Part shown: piece after piece, positions 27,392-41,036 of the stretch
How the letters are laid out: the number at the start of each line of letters is the position of its first letter
Numbering within the stretch: position 1 is the first letter of the stretch
Assembly (NCBI GenBank): GCA_002633005.1
Contig: NMRA01000458.1
Span: forward strand, 270,260 to 334,259
Origin: Phoronis australis
Taxonomy: Eukaryota; Animalia; Phoronida
Direction of reading: 5' to 3'
Length of the DNA stretch: 64,000 nt
Program-made: the position numbers and the translations under genes
The notes under the pieces: model-generated
Database searches by the model: none
Seen by the model: the letters and a program-made list of their open reading frames with translations, nothing else
Told to the model about the DNA's origin: nothing

Positions 27392-27970
27392 ATCACAGAC
27401 GATTACTCAGGTAAAGGTTTCATTAAGTAGTCTATCAGAATTAAAGATTTTCATCTCAACTGTTTATGCCCTTTCACGCATCATACTGTGATATGAAATT
27501 TTTATTTGGATGCCACACATGTGTGCGCGAAGGCAATGACAACAGTTATGAGCAGTGCCCGGCTTGTGCAAATATCTTTGTTTTGCGCGCAACTTTACTT
27601 TATTAATAACGATTTTTCAATATTTGATATATATATTTATGCAAATAAATCACCATTGATACTAATTCAATTAAAAGCTTGGAAAAAGTGGAATTCTCTG
27701 AAGAACTAAAGTCACATTCCTCTCAATTAAAATTAGAACGTTTAGTATTTTTTGGCACACTTCTGGGATCTGTCATTAAATTTCGGCATTAGTTTAAGTT
27801 TTTAAAAAATGCTTCTAAAATGTTGCATCCAATAGAAATTGAATATGTACAATGGTAATTTCAAGTTATTGCAGTGACGAATGACTTTTTGCCATTTATT
27901 TTTTCTATTTCATTGACTAACCCTGCGTCAGTTGTGAAACCCATAAATGAGTTTCCCTTGTCCGGAAATA
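27392..27970. promoter_or_regulatory. Divergent MDN1/EED intergenic region, probable bidirectional promoter
   Basis: 579 bp separates the divergent start codons. TSSs cannot be determined from sequence alone. Confidence 0.6.
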
Positions 27971-30900
27971 ATGTCAGATAGCGATACCATGCCTGGTAAA
28001 AAAGCGCGTATTTCAAGCCAAACCGAGGATTCTGGTGACGAAAATGTACGGATGTGTTCTTTTCAGATGTTTATTTCAATTCAGAGGTGAAAACATTCTT
28101 TGAAAGCTCTTAGAGCCGACAGTTAGTTGTGTGTTCATTTTAACAACGACTGACAAGTAACAAGTGAAGTGACATGCTCCGATTTCTCCCTGCCTTGCCT
28201 TGGTGCAATTGCTAAGCTGTATCCTAAATATATTAAATATACAGCTTTGGCCGATGTGGGTAAAAAATGGCAAAATAAAGGCTGGCCCAAAAGTGGTGTC
28301 ATTAAAAACTGCACTTTTCTTTGTGTAAACTAAATTATTTACCGATGCTAGAAAAATCAGCTTTATACCTTTTAGACAGTATGTCTTAGTCTTGCGATAT
28401 GTTATTCTGCTGCTGAAGTGGTGGAGCGATCTTAGACATCGAATTTCGGCACCATGAAATATAGTGTCACCTATTGGTCAGTTTCTTGTTTTCACCAATT
28501 CTTCTATCAGCTGTTCTTCCTCGAGGTTGCATACATGTTTATTTATTTATTAGATTATTTATTAATTTAATATTTACAATGAGGGTAGCCCCATCAGTCT
28601 CAGCAAATGATCGGAATTGGTTTCACTTCATTATACGTTTTTAGTATTTTAATACTTGTGCAGCACACCAAATTTCAGAGCAAATTTTTCTGCTGCGAAG
28701 CTGTCATCATCTCCTGGGAAATGTCGCAAAAAAGCACTGTATTGCACATGTCACGAGCGCACTGTTTTCAAAACGACGATAGACCTTTCTTTGTTACAAA
28801 AGGCGGAGTATTATGCAGGAAAATTACATTTCTTGTATGTTATTTCATTTAAAGGGCCACAACGACAAAGTGAGTGTCGGTTGACTCGTAGATTTTGAAT
28901 GGACTCCTGCCCGTCGTTAGCTCTACATGTTGATATAAGTTTCATGACCAGTTGACAAACAGAACTACCCTAGTGGTGTTGGAGCTCAACACATACACAC
29001 ACAGTGGTTCCAAGCTGTTTTTTTGACAATAGTCTTCATACAGCTAGTTGGCTGGCTATGATTTATACAGCCCCAGGGCATTGGCAGTGCTTGTAGACTG
29101 GAGTGGAGTGGTGTGTCGAACTCAGACGCTCTAGTTTCTGTGACGTCTATCTGACTGTGTTGGCAGAGGCAGAGGCTGTGCCAAGTAGATGTACTGAAAT
29201 AAAAGACAAAGTTAATTGTCTGGAGGCCGGATTACATGGCAGTGGTGCAAAGTCAACAGTGCACTAGTCTGAAGGTGCACTTGTCTGAAAATACATAAGA
29301 TTTTGGACTCTGTTGTATTTTTTCATATTTTCTGTAGACATGCAATAATACGCACTACTTCGGTTGTAAGACACATTGGCGTAGGCCTCACCTAACAAAA
29401 ACCACCTGCCGGGTAGTGATGCACTATGTTCGAGTTTCCTGCACATATGCAAATTTGTACTTCAAAGCTTGCCTTGATGTTTCTTTGTGCATGATTCTTC
29501 TGCATGTCACTGACAGGACACAAAAAAACAATGTCTAAACATTGTCAAAAGTGTTACTGTGTTTGCACTCACGCGATGTCGAAGACAATACTTTGTGCTT
29601 AACACCTAGAAGCTTTCGCTATGAAAGAATTTTGATCGCGATTAAGGCTCATTAAACTTGAGACACAAGGGGTAATGCATCATTCGCATTTTTAAAGCAG
29701 AATCTCGCAAGTGAAAGAAAAAATTTCACTTTATTTAATAATTGTTTTAAACTGGTTTTTAGACACTATACCTTCATGTCTTTTTGTTATTTAAATTCCT
29801 TGGCTGCATTTTATTCACTTCCCTGGTTCGACCAGCAAAGACATTTGATTGGTTGCCTGTGATGACTTCCAGAGCACTTTCCAATCAAATGTCTGTGCAG
29901 TCAAATGGCAAACCTGGCGTAGTGAATGAAGTGCAGCCATGGACTGGATTCTCGCCATGGATTGGTTTCCAGGTGCATCAGCGAGTTTCGTAGAATGCTG
30001 ACAAAAAGTCATTTTAATGCTTAGTGGCTCCGTTCTGCCTTTTTAATATACTTTCTGACTTGTGCACCTTCGGACTTGTGAGCTGCTTGTGCCTGGCGTG
30101 CTGTACTTTAGGACAATAATTAGATATAATGTGCCCACATTATGAGATCAGCTTCATGTCCGCTATTCAGTGGAGAGCTCTCGACCATATTGTCGGTTGC
30201 AGGATGGATGCTTCAGTCTATCCTGCTCTCGGCCATATTGTCGCTTTCCGGGTGAATGTTCTAGTCTATCCAGCTCTCGACCATGTTGCAGGATGAATGC
30301 TTCGGTCTATCTAGCTATTATCCATATTGTCACTTGCAGTATGAATGTTCCTGTCTATCTAGCTATTATCCATATTGTCACTTGCTGGATGATTGTTCCT
30401 GTCTATCTAGCTATTATCCATATTGTCACTTGCTGGATGATTGTTCCTGTCTATCTAGCTGTTATCCATATTGTCACTTGCAGGATGAATGCTCCAGTCT
30501 ATCTAGCTATTATCCATATTGTCACTTGCAGGTTGATTGTTCCTATCTATCTAGCTATTATCCATATTGTCACTTGCAGTATGAATGTTCCTGTCTATCT
30601 AGCCATTATCCATATTGTCACTTGCAGGTTGATTGTTCTAGTCTATCTAGCTATTATCCATATTGTCACTTGCAGTATGAATGTTCCTGTCTATCTAGCT
30701 ATTATCCATATTGTCACTTGCAGGATGAATGTTCCAGTTTATCCAGCTTTCCAACAGACGATGTGTCTAGAAGCGAAACACCGACACCGGGCAGAAAAAA
30801 AGGGCGACATCACAAAAAGAAATTCAAGAATTGTAAACTTCAATATAAGCTGACCACATTTGTGAAGGTAATCTGAGGTTTTGCTAATGAATGTTGATTT

Positions 30901-33900
30901 AAAGAATGGCAAATTTTATCAATATGTTAATGCCTGAATAATTCCTACGTTCCTTTTTGACGTCCTTGTGATGCTGCAAACATCTACACTATGACACCAG
31001 AAATTTATAGGGTTGAACACCATTGCTCATGCCCGAATGAATAGTCTGATTTGAACAACAATCATGTGTCTAACGTTTTCACTAAATAGAGAATTGCACT
31101 CTTGTCAAACAGCTTCTTCTGATGCTCCAGAATATCATTGAGTGAACTGATTACAATACATAATGTGTTGCAATCAAGCTTCAGCAGGTGCTCGTGCATT
31201 AGTTGTCAATGTTTCCCCATAGCCTGTGGCGGGTAAAACACTGATCAGTTTCTCAGCCATCTTCAACACACGCCTTCACACAGGCACACACAGGCAAAGT
31301 CCAGGGAACAACTCTGCTTTTGTGCACTATATAATAGCTCGCTTCAACAGTACACATTTCATCAATTTTTCATTCGCCATCTGACTTTATTTCATTGCAC
31401 AGTCAAGCACAACATTGCTGAGTTGGAAATTCTGATACATTACTAATTTCTGTGAAATGAACCAATCCACAATTCGCGGGCTGCTATGTCATAGTGTTTG
31501 CAATGAGTAAATGAGAAACAGTGTTGGACTTGCTAGTGACTGTGATCTGGCTGAAACGATGGCATTATGGATTTATAGTGTAAAGAATTTGCCACTATGA
31601 ATATATAAGGTGCAGAATATCACTGTGTTCTACGCTATTGATTTTGTGGTTGTTATGTTTGTGCACATGAAGACAAGGATTAAACTGCATAATTTAGTAG
31701 AAATATCAGCAAATGGTCACATCAAATATTTTCAAAGACTCGTATTGTTGGTTTGGGCTGCTATCTGTTGATAGTATGTTGATTTAACCTAACACACTGT
31801 CAGTCAGAGTTTTCAGTTATAATTTTTCAATCGTAATCTGAATCAGTCATTGAGAGTTTGCTAAAATTCCCAAGCAAAAATGTCCAAACCTGTCATGAAA
31901 TAGCCCGCTAACTGCAAGAGAAATGTCAATGTTTTTAATGATTTCGCAAATGCAAACAAGTGTCCATTGGCTCTATCCCAGATGTGAGGCCAGATCTCAT
32001 GGTGTGAAATCTAGTCTTTGACCATTGCACCTACCTTGCAATGGAATTGTGGGTAACATCACAGATGGTCATGGGATATTTGCGAGGTCATGTTTATATA
32101 AAAAGTGTCAGAACATTAATTGTTTATATTTCATAAATTAATAACCGTTAACTGAATTTTTCAGGTTTTGATTTTTACAGAAAAGTAAAATGAAGTAGAG
32201 AACATAAAATAGGTATGATATAATTAGATTGAAGTCACTCATCTTTAAGTACAGAAAGACTTGGCACTGACGTGTATAGTTTAGTTACAGTTCAAAAGTT
32301 TAGTAAAAAGCCCTATCACTTTACTACTATCTCCTTAACTCTGGTATGTATAATTATGATTCCAGGAGGACCATGGACAGCCAATCTTCGGTGTTCAGTT
32401 CAACTATCACATGAAAGAAAACGATCCTATGGTGTTTGCCACTGTGGGGGGTAATAGGGTAACGGTGTACGAATGTATGAAGGACGGCAAAGTGAAGCTG
32501 TTGCAAGCTTATGGTGATCCAGATGTATCCTTGATGTTAAGCAACACTTGTTTATTTTGTGTTTTTTCACCAGGCATTTCTTGGACCATAACGGTCAGTT
32601 TAATATTCCTTCCATTTGAAAATATTTTTAAGATGTTTGAGCCCTGATGTTTTTTCATTGCTCTTGGTTAATAAGTCAAGTGTGAACATTTTTGTTACAG
32701 TAACTGTTATTAAAACGTTAGCTATTCCGAAACTTAATTTTTTGTTGTCAGGTTTACCAAATTCACCAATAGATGTCTTGGAAGAATTGAATACGATGGC
32801 AGGCTCGTAATGATTAATTTAAACAAACTACGGCTTGTTTAAGACTAGATCAAAGGGGGACTTCAAATGGTTAATACATACTTTCAGCAAAGCTTTAAAA
32901 CTCGCCATGGCCCGTAGATATGTTGAAAACCCCTCATCTAGAAGTGGGTCAGTTATTATACTCACTCTACACGTTCTTAAAGAATTTTGCTTTATTTGTT
33001 GAAAGACTTCATTAAGTCGAAGTAAACTCTAATTGATAATTTCTATTGGTACGATGTTTTTGGAAGTATGACAACTTTCTATGAGAAAATAATCTTTGCA
33101 AGTAAAGAAGCCTTTTTGAATCATTCTTTGCAGTTTAATAGTAAATTGGGGATTGGAATTAGAGGTGTTCAGTCTCAGTTTGTAAAAGGCTTAAGATTTA
33201 TCAGAGATATGTATACCTCTGATGTTTATCAGTGATAATAAATATATACAAAAACTAGTCATGAAAAAGTGAAATTTTTCTTTCCGGTAAAAATTTCGTA
33301 ATGCAGAACGTGGTCTTTGGGAGTTCTAAAGGTTTCAGTCTGAAAAAAATGATTTTCCTGTTTCATTGTTTCTATATCACATATGCATTTTGTCCACATG
33401 ATTTTAGACATCTTTGTTAATTAACAAACTTCCTCTTTTTTTATCTCTAGACAATTTTCAGTTGCTGAAATTAAGAGTGTTTTTGTATACAGTAATCCCG
33501 CCAAATGGGGTTCATTGACTTGGTTATTTCCATTTTTCTTTGACACATTCTCTCAGGAGAATGAGAATTTCTACACATGTGCCTGGAGTCACGACGGCGC
33601 AGGCCAGCCATTGCTAGCTGTCGCAGGATCACGAGGAATTATACGAATAATAAGTCCCATCACCATGGAATGCATTAAGGTGGGTGATACAGGTGCACGT
33701 CATGCTTAAATCTAAGGACTACCTTAGTCCTTGTCTCAAAATTCTACGTTGCACAGTTTGCTGGCATTTATCAGCTTATCAAGAACATAAGAGCTGACTG
33801 CTTTTTTTCGGATTTTTTTCACCGAATCTTGAAAGGTTTCTGCATGATCACAAATAGCGAAATTGTTAACTTTGTTGATTTTTTTTCTTAAAAAGTCCTG

Positions 33901-36900
33901 GAAAATTGTCTGTAAAAATTTATAAAAATGATGTGAACAGATCTTTTCAGCTTAATCGTTCAGGGTGATTTGTGTTTTGACAAACATTTGGTCTTGAAAT
34001 GATTTTTATATCATGACAAGTGAAGACCTTGTAAGAGGATGCAATAAATATGGCTTTGTGCAAACGTGAAGTTGCACTTCCTGTTCTTGAATTGAGTTCT
34101 GTGCGTCTACCATGTCTACACACTAGTTTTCTGTAAATGTTATCTCCAGTTATCAAAGATGTCACCATTTCTGTAAATGTTGTCTCCAGTTATCAAAGAT
34201 GTCACCATTTCTGTAAATGTTATCTCCAGTTATCAAAGATGTCACCATTTCCTTAAAATGCAGGCTGTCATTATGATAAGGTTTGTGCGCTGGAAAACAA
34301 CTGTTTGATGACTTTTCTATTAATGATTTTCAGCATTATGTTGGCCATGGCAACTCTATAAATGAACTCAAGTTCCATCCTAAGGATCCCAATCTGTTGT
34401 TGTCAGTGAGTAAAGGTAAGGTCACCTTTGGTCAATGTTCAAATTGTACACTGATCATTTGGTCAGTGTGTGGGGTGCTCGTGGTAGCAAGATAAACAAA
34501 CAAAGTCTATAATACTGGCATAACATTCAAGTCCTATAGCATATCATGTCACATTTGTCAACATGACTTACACAAGTGACCCGTGTCATTAATGTCAACT
34601 GTCTAATGATTATGTTGCTGAGTTTATAATAGAAACTAACTTTGGTGCTATAAGTGTGCCCAGACAGTTGAATACTTTAGCCAAATTTGGCCAAGCTTGG
34701 ACAAACTGGTAGTACGTCACCTTATTTGATATTTTCTTCAAGCTTGAATGTCCTTGCTCTCTTACCAGCCCTTGCTCAGTTACCTTCAAAAAGACTACTG
34801 ATAAGCAAAGGTAAAGCACGCTTGTCGAACAATATTGAATAACTTGTTGGAACAATCATCTTTCTCTTCACTGAATTCCAAGCTTGGAAATCTTTGCCTC
34901 TTGGTAACCATTTCTGTGTAACTTTGAATGTAATTGCTGGTCAGTAACATAATTCAAGCTTACTATCTTGAGCAGATTCTGTCAAGCAGAACTTGTTTTC
35001 TTACCAACTAGTGATCCAAATAAACATATCTCATGATGCTTCGTGCATCACTCGTGTGGTACAGTCAAGTGCACTAAAATAAGATCTGTCTCATTACTAG
35101 CAAGCTTGTGTAAGCTTATTGTGGAACATTGAATAATATTTTGCAAGCTTGAATAATATTGTCCAAGCTTGAGAAAGCATGGTGTGTACTTTTTTGCATG
35201 AGTAATCTTGTCAATAAGGATTATTCAAAGTCAATGAATATGTGGCTTGTTTTTAGTGCCTTGAGTGAAATTGCAATAACTATCAGTTCTGTGATTGAGT
35301 AAAGTATGTATGTGTTTTAGAATGTCTAACTATCAGTTCTGTGATTGAATAAAGTGTGTATGTGTTTTAGAATGTCTAACTATCAGTTCTGTGATTGTGT
35401 AAAGTGAGTATGTTTTTTAGAATGTCTAACTTCCCAGTTGATTACTTGGATTTCAGATCACCAACTCCGCCTCTGGAACATAAAGACAGATACTTTTGTC
35501 CTGCTACTAGGGGGCGTGGATGGCCACAGGGATGAAGTTCTCAGTGCTGTCAGTATCATGTTAATTATGAAATGAAAACAAGATTGATAAATTGCATAGA
35601 ACCAAAACGTTTTTTCTCTTAGACTAATCTTATTCCGACAAAATGTATAATTTAAACTTCCTAATTAATGGCTGACTTAAGGAAAAGTTTAAGTACTAGT
35701 TTGTCCGATTTTTTTTTCTTTCTCATTGGAAATAGTTGATTCATAACATGTAGCATGTATAAAGCATTTTTGGAAAATTTACAACCTTATTTAGCTGATT
35801 TTAACCTTGATGTGGTTTGATACAGTTTGATATGATTTGCTATGACAAAATGTGTTAGTATAAGTTTGATACTATTGAATGAGGTCTGAGTGTATCTTTC
35901 TTCAAATTGAAGGTCTTGTGTAGTCATTTGTGTTGTGTTTTTGTTTTTGGCTATTTTTTGTTCTCTACTGATTGTCGCTCATTGGCTGGTATGTTTTCAT
36001 CAATGTTACTTTAAATACTATGATTTCACTTGCGAATTTATTTATTTAACATTGAAACCTGAAAGTTACAATACATAAAAGCAGATAATTGTAAGATGGA
36101 TAAACATACATTAAAAAGCTTTGGTGGGAAATGACAACATATTGACTTCAGACGACTGTTGAGATTGTATCTTACTATCAAAAAGCAGTGCCCTCATTGT
36201 GATCAAATTTTGATTCATTAGGACTTCAACCTAGATGGGTCCAGGATTATGTCGTGTGGAATGGATCACTCACTGAAGATGTGGAACTTGGACCAACCAG
36301 AAATCAATGATGTCATAGCTGCGTCATACCAGTACGATGCAAGTAAAGCGAAAAAGTATGCATCTTTTGAGCCATGACTTCGTTGAAACAACATGACTTT
36401 GGCATGTGTTATTTGCCTTTTTGAAGACTGCTGGTACAAGTGGCAATTGTGTCATTTGATCTTATTATTATTTTAAAGTTTTTTCACTCTAGGTAGTGCA
36501 CCATCAAAATAACTTACACCAAATTTCATATCTTATTAACTTAAAATCATCCATGAAAAAATGCAAATGAATACAAAGCTGTGATTTATGAAATGTTCGT
36601 ATTTTATCCTCCACCAAAGGGTTTATATGGTGGACATCATGCCTTTTGTCTGTGCAGCGAATGTTTTGTTCTCAACTCCTGTATTTCTCATTAAGCAAAC
36701 TTTAAGAAACTATACTTATGAAGTGCCATAGCCCATATCTTTGACATTTTGTGAATCAACCAAATTTTCTTGAATTACGGCCTGTTTATGATTGTCTCGC
36801 ATGCACTTAGGGAAATGTTCTTCTGTGCTGAACTCCTACATTTTTCTTGGGGATGTTGACAAAACTTTCAGAAAAACATTATTACGGTATACCATAGTGC

Positions 36901-39900
36901 ATATCGTCGGCATTTTGTGATCCAATCATATTCTCTTGAATAATGGTCCAGTTTTAATGTTCATGCATTCAATGTGCAATTCCTGTATTCGTTATGAGAT
37001 TTCATCCAAACGTTCAGGTGGTGTATCATGAAGTGTGCCAGTACATATCTTCATTATTTTGCAGTTTGAGTGTATTTTCTTGAATTATCCCTCTTCTTGA
37101 TTTTCAAGTGTACATGAAAGAAAATGTTGTACACAACCCTTGCACAATAGCTGGCGGGGACACATTACTGCCTGTGTCTACCATCTTGCTATATATTCAC
37201 ATTGGCATTCTTAGTTTTGTTCTAAGTTGGTAAAAAGAAGGGATAGAGTATCTTAGGTGGTTGTATTATGCGATCAACAAATATTTCCATTCCAGAGCCT
37301 TTGCATCGTACGCCAACCACTTCCCAGATTTCTCTACGCGAGACATCCACCGGAATTATGTCGACTGCGTCAGATGGTTTGGCAACTTTGTATTTTCTAA
37401 GGTAACTAAGGCATCTTTTGTTTTAAAAAAATTACTTAAAGATTAAACTCATTTTATGTTTGGTCATTTTGTAGTACTGCAGATTTATTGAACCTGCTAT
37501 TTTTGTTTCATAACTTAGCCACCATCCATTCAGGAAGAGCTGGCTGAGTTGCACATTCTTAACATTTAGAATTTAGCTTTGTAGATGACTGCAAATAAAT
37601 ATATAATACCTGATGTTGTATTCCACTAATTATACTATACATTGTGCATTAATCCCCTGGGCGCTTGAATTAGGAAATTTAATAATCAGAGATTGGGCAT
37701 TAAGCTGAGCATGGGCGTTTAGAAAATAAAATGAAATTTTTGAAGAATCAGTGGTGAACATTCACCGAGACGGTCGATTAACTCTGCATGTTTTGCATAC
37801 AAGACATAATGGTTGGATGCTCATGGGCTAAAAGAACAGTTTCATGTCTACTTCAGTAAAAAACTGGTGCTGTAGAAAAAGACCAAGGGCTGGCGCTTTC
37901 GGTACATTTTGTGAGCTAAGATTGTTGTTGGACACATGTTCCCAAACACACTGACACTGTTTATGAAGTCTCTGTTGTATAATTTGGAAGTGAGTGATGA
38001 ACTGAGCATGTTCTTTTGAAAGTGAACATTTAGAGATTACTGGTTGGCTGTCGAGTCATTTGTTGGGCATTAACCTGAACTAGTATGGTATTAAGTGCCT
38101 CATAATAGTATTAGCAGCAGACAGTAGCGTTCTTAACACCTATACTTCAATGTGTTTTGCTCAGTTTAACTGGAGCTCTGGTTTTCAATGTTTTTGTGAT
38201 TTTGGCCATGACCAAGGCATAGCATACTTGGTTGTACTGCAGTTTGTCGCACTAATATGATTAGTCTGTTCATGAAACTGACTCCCATTTTAGGATGTAG
38301 TTTAAATAGTTGTGGACACGTGGTTGCTAACCCAATGTTGTGTTTTTCATAAGAACAAAGCATTTTAATTACCGTTAATTTGACCCCATATTCAACATTC
38401 CTACTACCATCTTCATAATTCATCTTAGTTATACTGTGCAGTAGAAAAAAAGTAAGATACGATGGTCTTTGCTAACACTGGGCTGATGACCTGTAACGAA
38501 ACAGTGCCAAGATCTGTAAGCAAATGACAATCCATGCCACCTTCTTCAATCCTTAGTCGTGTGAGAACTGCATCGTCTGCTGGAAGCCTGGCCCCCTGCC
38601 TGATGAAGAGTGCAAAAGTCATGATAACAAGCCAACCGTTCTACATAAACTGGAGTATAACCACTGTGAGATCTGGTATATGAGATTCTCCATGGACTTC
38701 TGGCAAAAGGTGAACAATGTGCTGGATAGCTTGTGTTCCGGGGGTGTACTCCTGTTCATTGTGTTCCGGGGGTGCACTCCTGTTCATTGTGTGTGGGAGG
38801 GTGTACTGATACATGGGTTATCTGAGTGTTCAGTTTTTGTCAAAAAAATTATGTTGTAGTATTTTTTGACATGAAACCTAGCATCTATTATAATAACCCT
38901 GTGACGAGGTTATGCATGGGCAGATCCAACAAGGGGGCTCAGGGTATCTGTAGCCTCTTTTTCGCCAAAGTGGCAAACAAAAACCATGGGAAAATGGAAG
39001 GTTTCGATTTATTTTTGTTTCTGTAGACTGCTCGGTGAGATCACAACACTTGAGTTTCTGTTCCAGTTTTCTACTCATTGTTTGTGATGCAGAAAGCTAT
39101 CTTTTTATTTGGACATCTCCTTTCATAAAAAGCTGGATCTGCCTTTGTTACACTTGGTTGGTTGGTAGCAATTGTATTTTTCTGGTGAAAACATATGTTA
39201 GATTAAGATATCTCCAATCACTTGGTCATGTACCCCCAAATGTTACATGGATATTATTGTCCCATGTTCTCACTGGCAGGAACTCTCATACTGGACAGGC
39301 AAAATCCTTTGACAGTATTTATGCCTTGTGATATGCATACAGTGATTTGAAAGCAATTCGTACAGTGTGCTAAAGGTGTTTCATCTTGTAAATATTTAAA
39401 TCAGGAATCTCCGCTTTTGATCCTGTTTGTATGTGCTTTAGGCCTAGCTGAACAATGAGTTAGTTGATTTGTTTTCCATTTCCGCCATCATTTCCAGCCG
39501 ACTACCGTGTTCATTTTGCACACATTCGGATTTTTGAAACTAGCAAATTGCAAATTGAGTGTGTTAATTTTTGACGTGTCTGTGCCAGAATTTGATATAT
39601 ACTTTTTGATAATTGGTAGCCTAAGCTGTGATGGATAGTCACCTTTAAACTGGCACACCACTTCTGATAGTCATTCTCAATGTTGATTGTGGAGCTTTCA
39701 AAGCTTTCTGATTGTGTGAGTGGCGTACAATAGGATTTTGAAGAAAAATGAGAATTTGACAAATTGGGGTCTCTCTTGTTAAGTCTAACTGGGTATTCTG
39801 TGACAATGTCACTTTAGGTAACCATTGTTTTGGTTCATGTTTTGTGTTGGGACCCTTGGTTTTGGTTTGTTAACATGGCGAGTTAGCACTTTCAGTTTGA

Positions 39901-41036
39901 CCTCTTCTGTGGTTATCTAAAATTGAATGATTTGTTGGCATTAACATTTCAGATCCTGGCACTTGGTAATCAAGTTGGAAAGTTATACGTATGGGACATA
40001 GATGTGGACCATCCTGGTCAAATAAGGTCAGTAAGAAGTATTCGGGCTACGTAAACTTACCAACTGGCCAGTACGTGGCCCTGTTGTATATTCAGTTCTT
40101 TACTTGTCAACAGTATTACCAAATCTTGATTTCAAACATTTCTTTTGTGTCTCGTCTCGTGTCATTCATGTGCAAAGTTTTCAGTGTTTGAAGAAAGTTG
40201 CCATGTATTAGCAAAATTTTTGCCACATAAAGCAAGTATTGGTGAAAGGTTGTATCAACAGAAAATCACTGCTTTGGTACCCATTTTATCATTTGGAAAT
40301 GGTTTCTTTAAATCTTTCACCGCGAAGTTTTTTAGAACTGCATTCCCCTGGGCCGATACATAGAACACATGTAGTCAATAAAATGTTGTGAGTTAATTGT
40401 TTGTAGATTTTACGAAACCTTCAGAGTAAAATAATATTCATGAAATGTGGCACCATATATCAAAGCAGGTATTCGTTCGGTAAAGTATTCAAGACTTGAA
40501 GATAATTATCTTGTATCTACGGTCAATGAAGATTTTTGCTTAAAGTACATACCTCTGCATGCCTCAGTTAGGGCAGGGAAACGCTCCAGATGTTGCTACA
40601 TAAATGGAAAAGCTCAGCAAGCAATCTTAATTTGCATTTAGAATTTGATATAACTGTATTCGGGTCAATTGGTAATAAACTGCAAGACTGGACTAGCGCC
40701 CAACATGCCGATGGTGTGTTTGGCAGTGAATGGATAAGTGGCCAAAAGGCGCGCTTGGCAGGTATAAAGGAGTTGAGCACGTGCTCATAGAAAATGACCT
40801 TGTCTCTAGAAACATCATTTGACTTGAAATCAAGTTGTGTTCCGAGTCTTCAATTACTTTTCCACTTAGAGTTGTGTTGGTATAGTCTAATTTCTTCTCA
40901 CCTTTTCAGATGCACTGTATTAGGTAATGCCAAGTGTACAACACCCATCCGTCAAACATGTCTAAGCAGAGATGGGAGCATATTATTGGCTGTGTGTGAT
41001 GACTCAACTCTGTGGAGGTGGGACAGAGTAAAATAA
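27971..41036 (+). CDS. EED: Polycomb protein EED/esc (PRC2 WD40 subunit), complete, 11 coding exons, 422 aa
   Basis: Exons 27971-28045 ([16 protein letters not shown]...SGDEN), 30724-30867, 32366-32524 ([13 protein letters not shown]...[10 protein letters not shown]), 33557-33679 (ENFYTCAW), 34334-34415 ([16 protein letters not shown]), 35457-35548 (GHRDEVLSA), 36222-36355 ([11 protein letters not shown]), 37296-37401 ([12 protein letters not shown]), 38557-38709 ([15 protein letters not shown]), 39953-40026, 40910-41036 (LWRWDRVK*). Total 1269 nt. The H3K27me3 aromatic-cage residues (F, Y, W, Y) are present. Confidence 0.98.
30178..30750 (+). repeat. 48-bp minisatellite made of the EED intron-1/exon-2 junction
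   Basis: Unit CTATCTAGCTATTATCCATATTGTCACTTGCAG|GATGAATGTTCCTGT. Exact 48-bp period from 30292 to 30724 (9 units), plus about 2 diverged units upstream. Confidence 0.95.
32525..33556 (+). other. U12-type (minor spliceosome) GT-AG intron in EED
   Basis: The 5' site GTATCCTTG matches the U12 consensus RTATCCTT. A branch-like TTCTTTGAC at 33536-33544 lies 12 nt before the end of the intron (AG ending at 33556). Confidence 0.85.
34128..34251. repeat. 40-bp tandem repeat, 3 copies
   Basis: Unit TTTCTGTAAATGTTATCTCCAGTTATCAAAGATGTCACCA; CTGTAAATGT recurs at 34131, 34171, 34211. Confidence 0.95.
35278..35430. repeat. 50-bp tandem repeat, 3 copies
   Basis: Unit AACTATCAGTTCTGTGATTGAGTAAAGTATGTATGTGTTTTAGAATGTCT, ending about 25 nt before the EED exon-6 acceptor. 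Confidence 0.9.
38731..38792. repeat. 28-bp tandem repeat, ~2 copies
   Basis: Unit TTGTGTTCCGGGGGTGYACTCCTGTTCA, just after the EED exon-9 donor. Confidence 0.8.

Noticed and set aside
30170-30853. 227-aa hydrophobic repeat ORF ([11 protein letters not shown])n as a membrane protein
   Set aside because: It is an alternative frame of the 48-bp array and is out of frame with EED exon 2.
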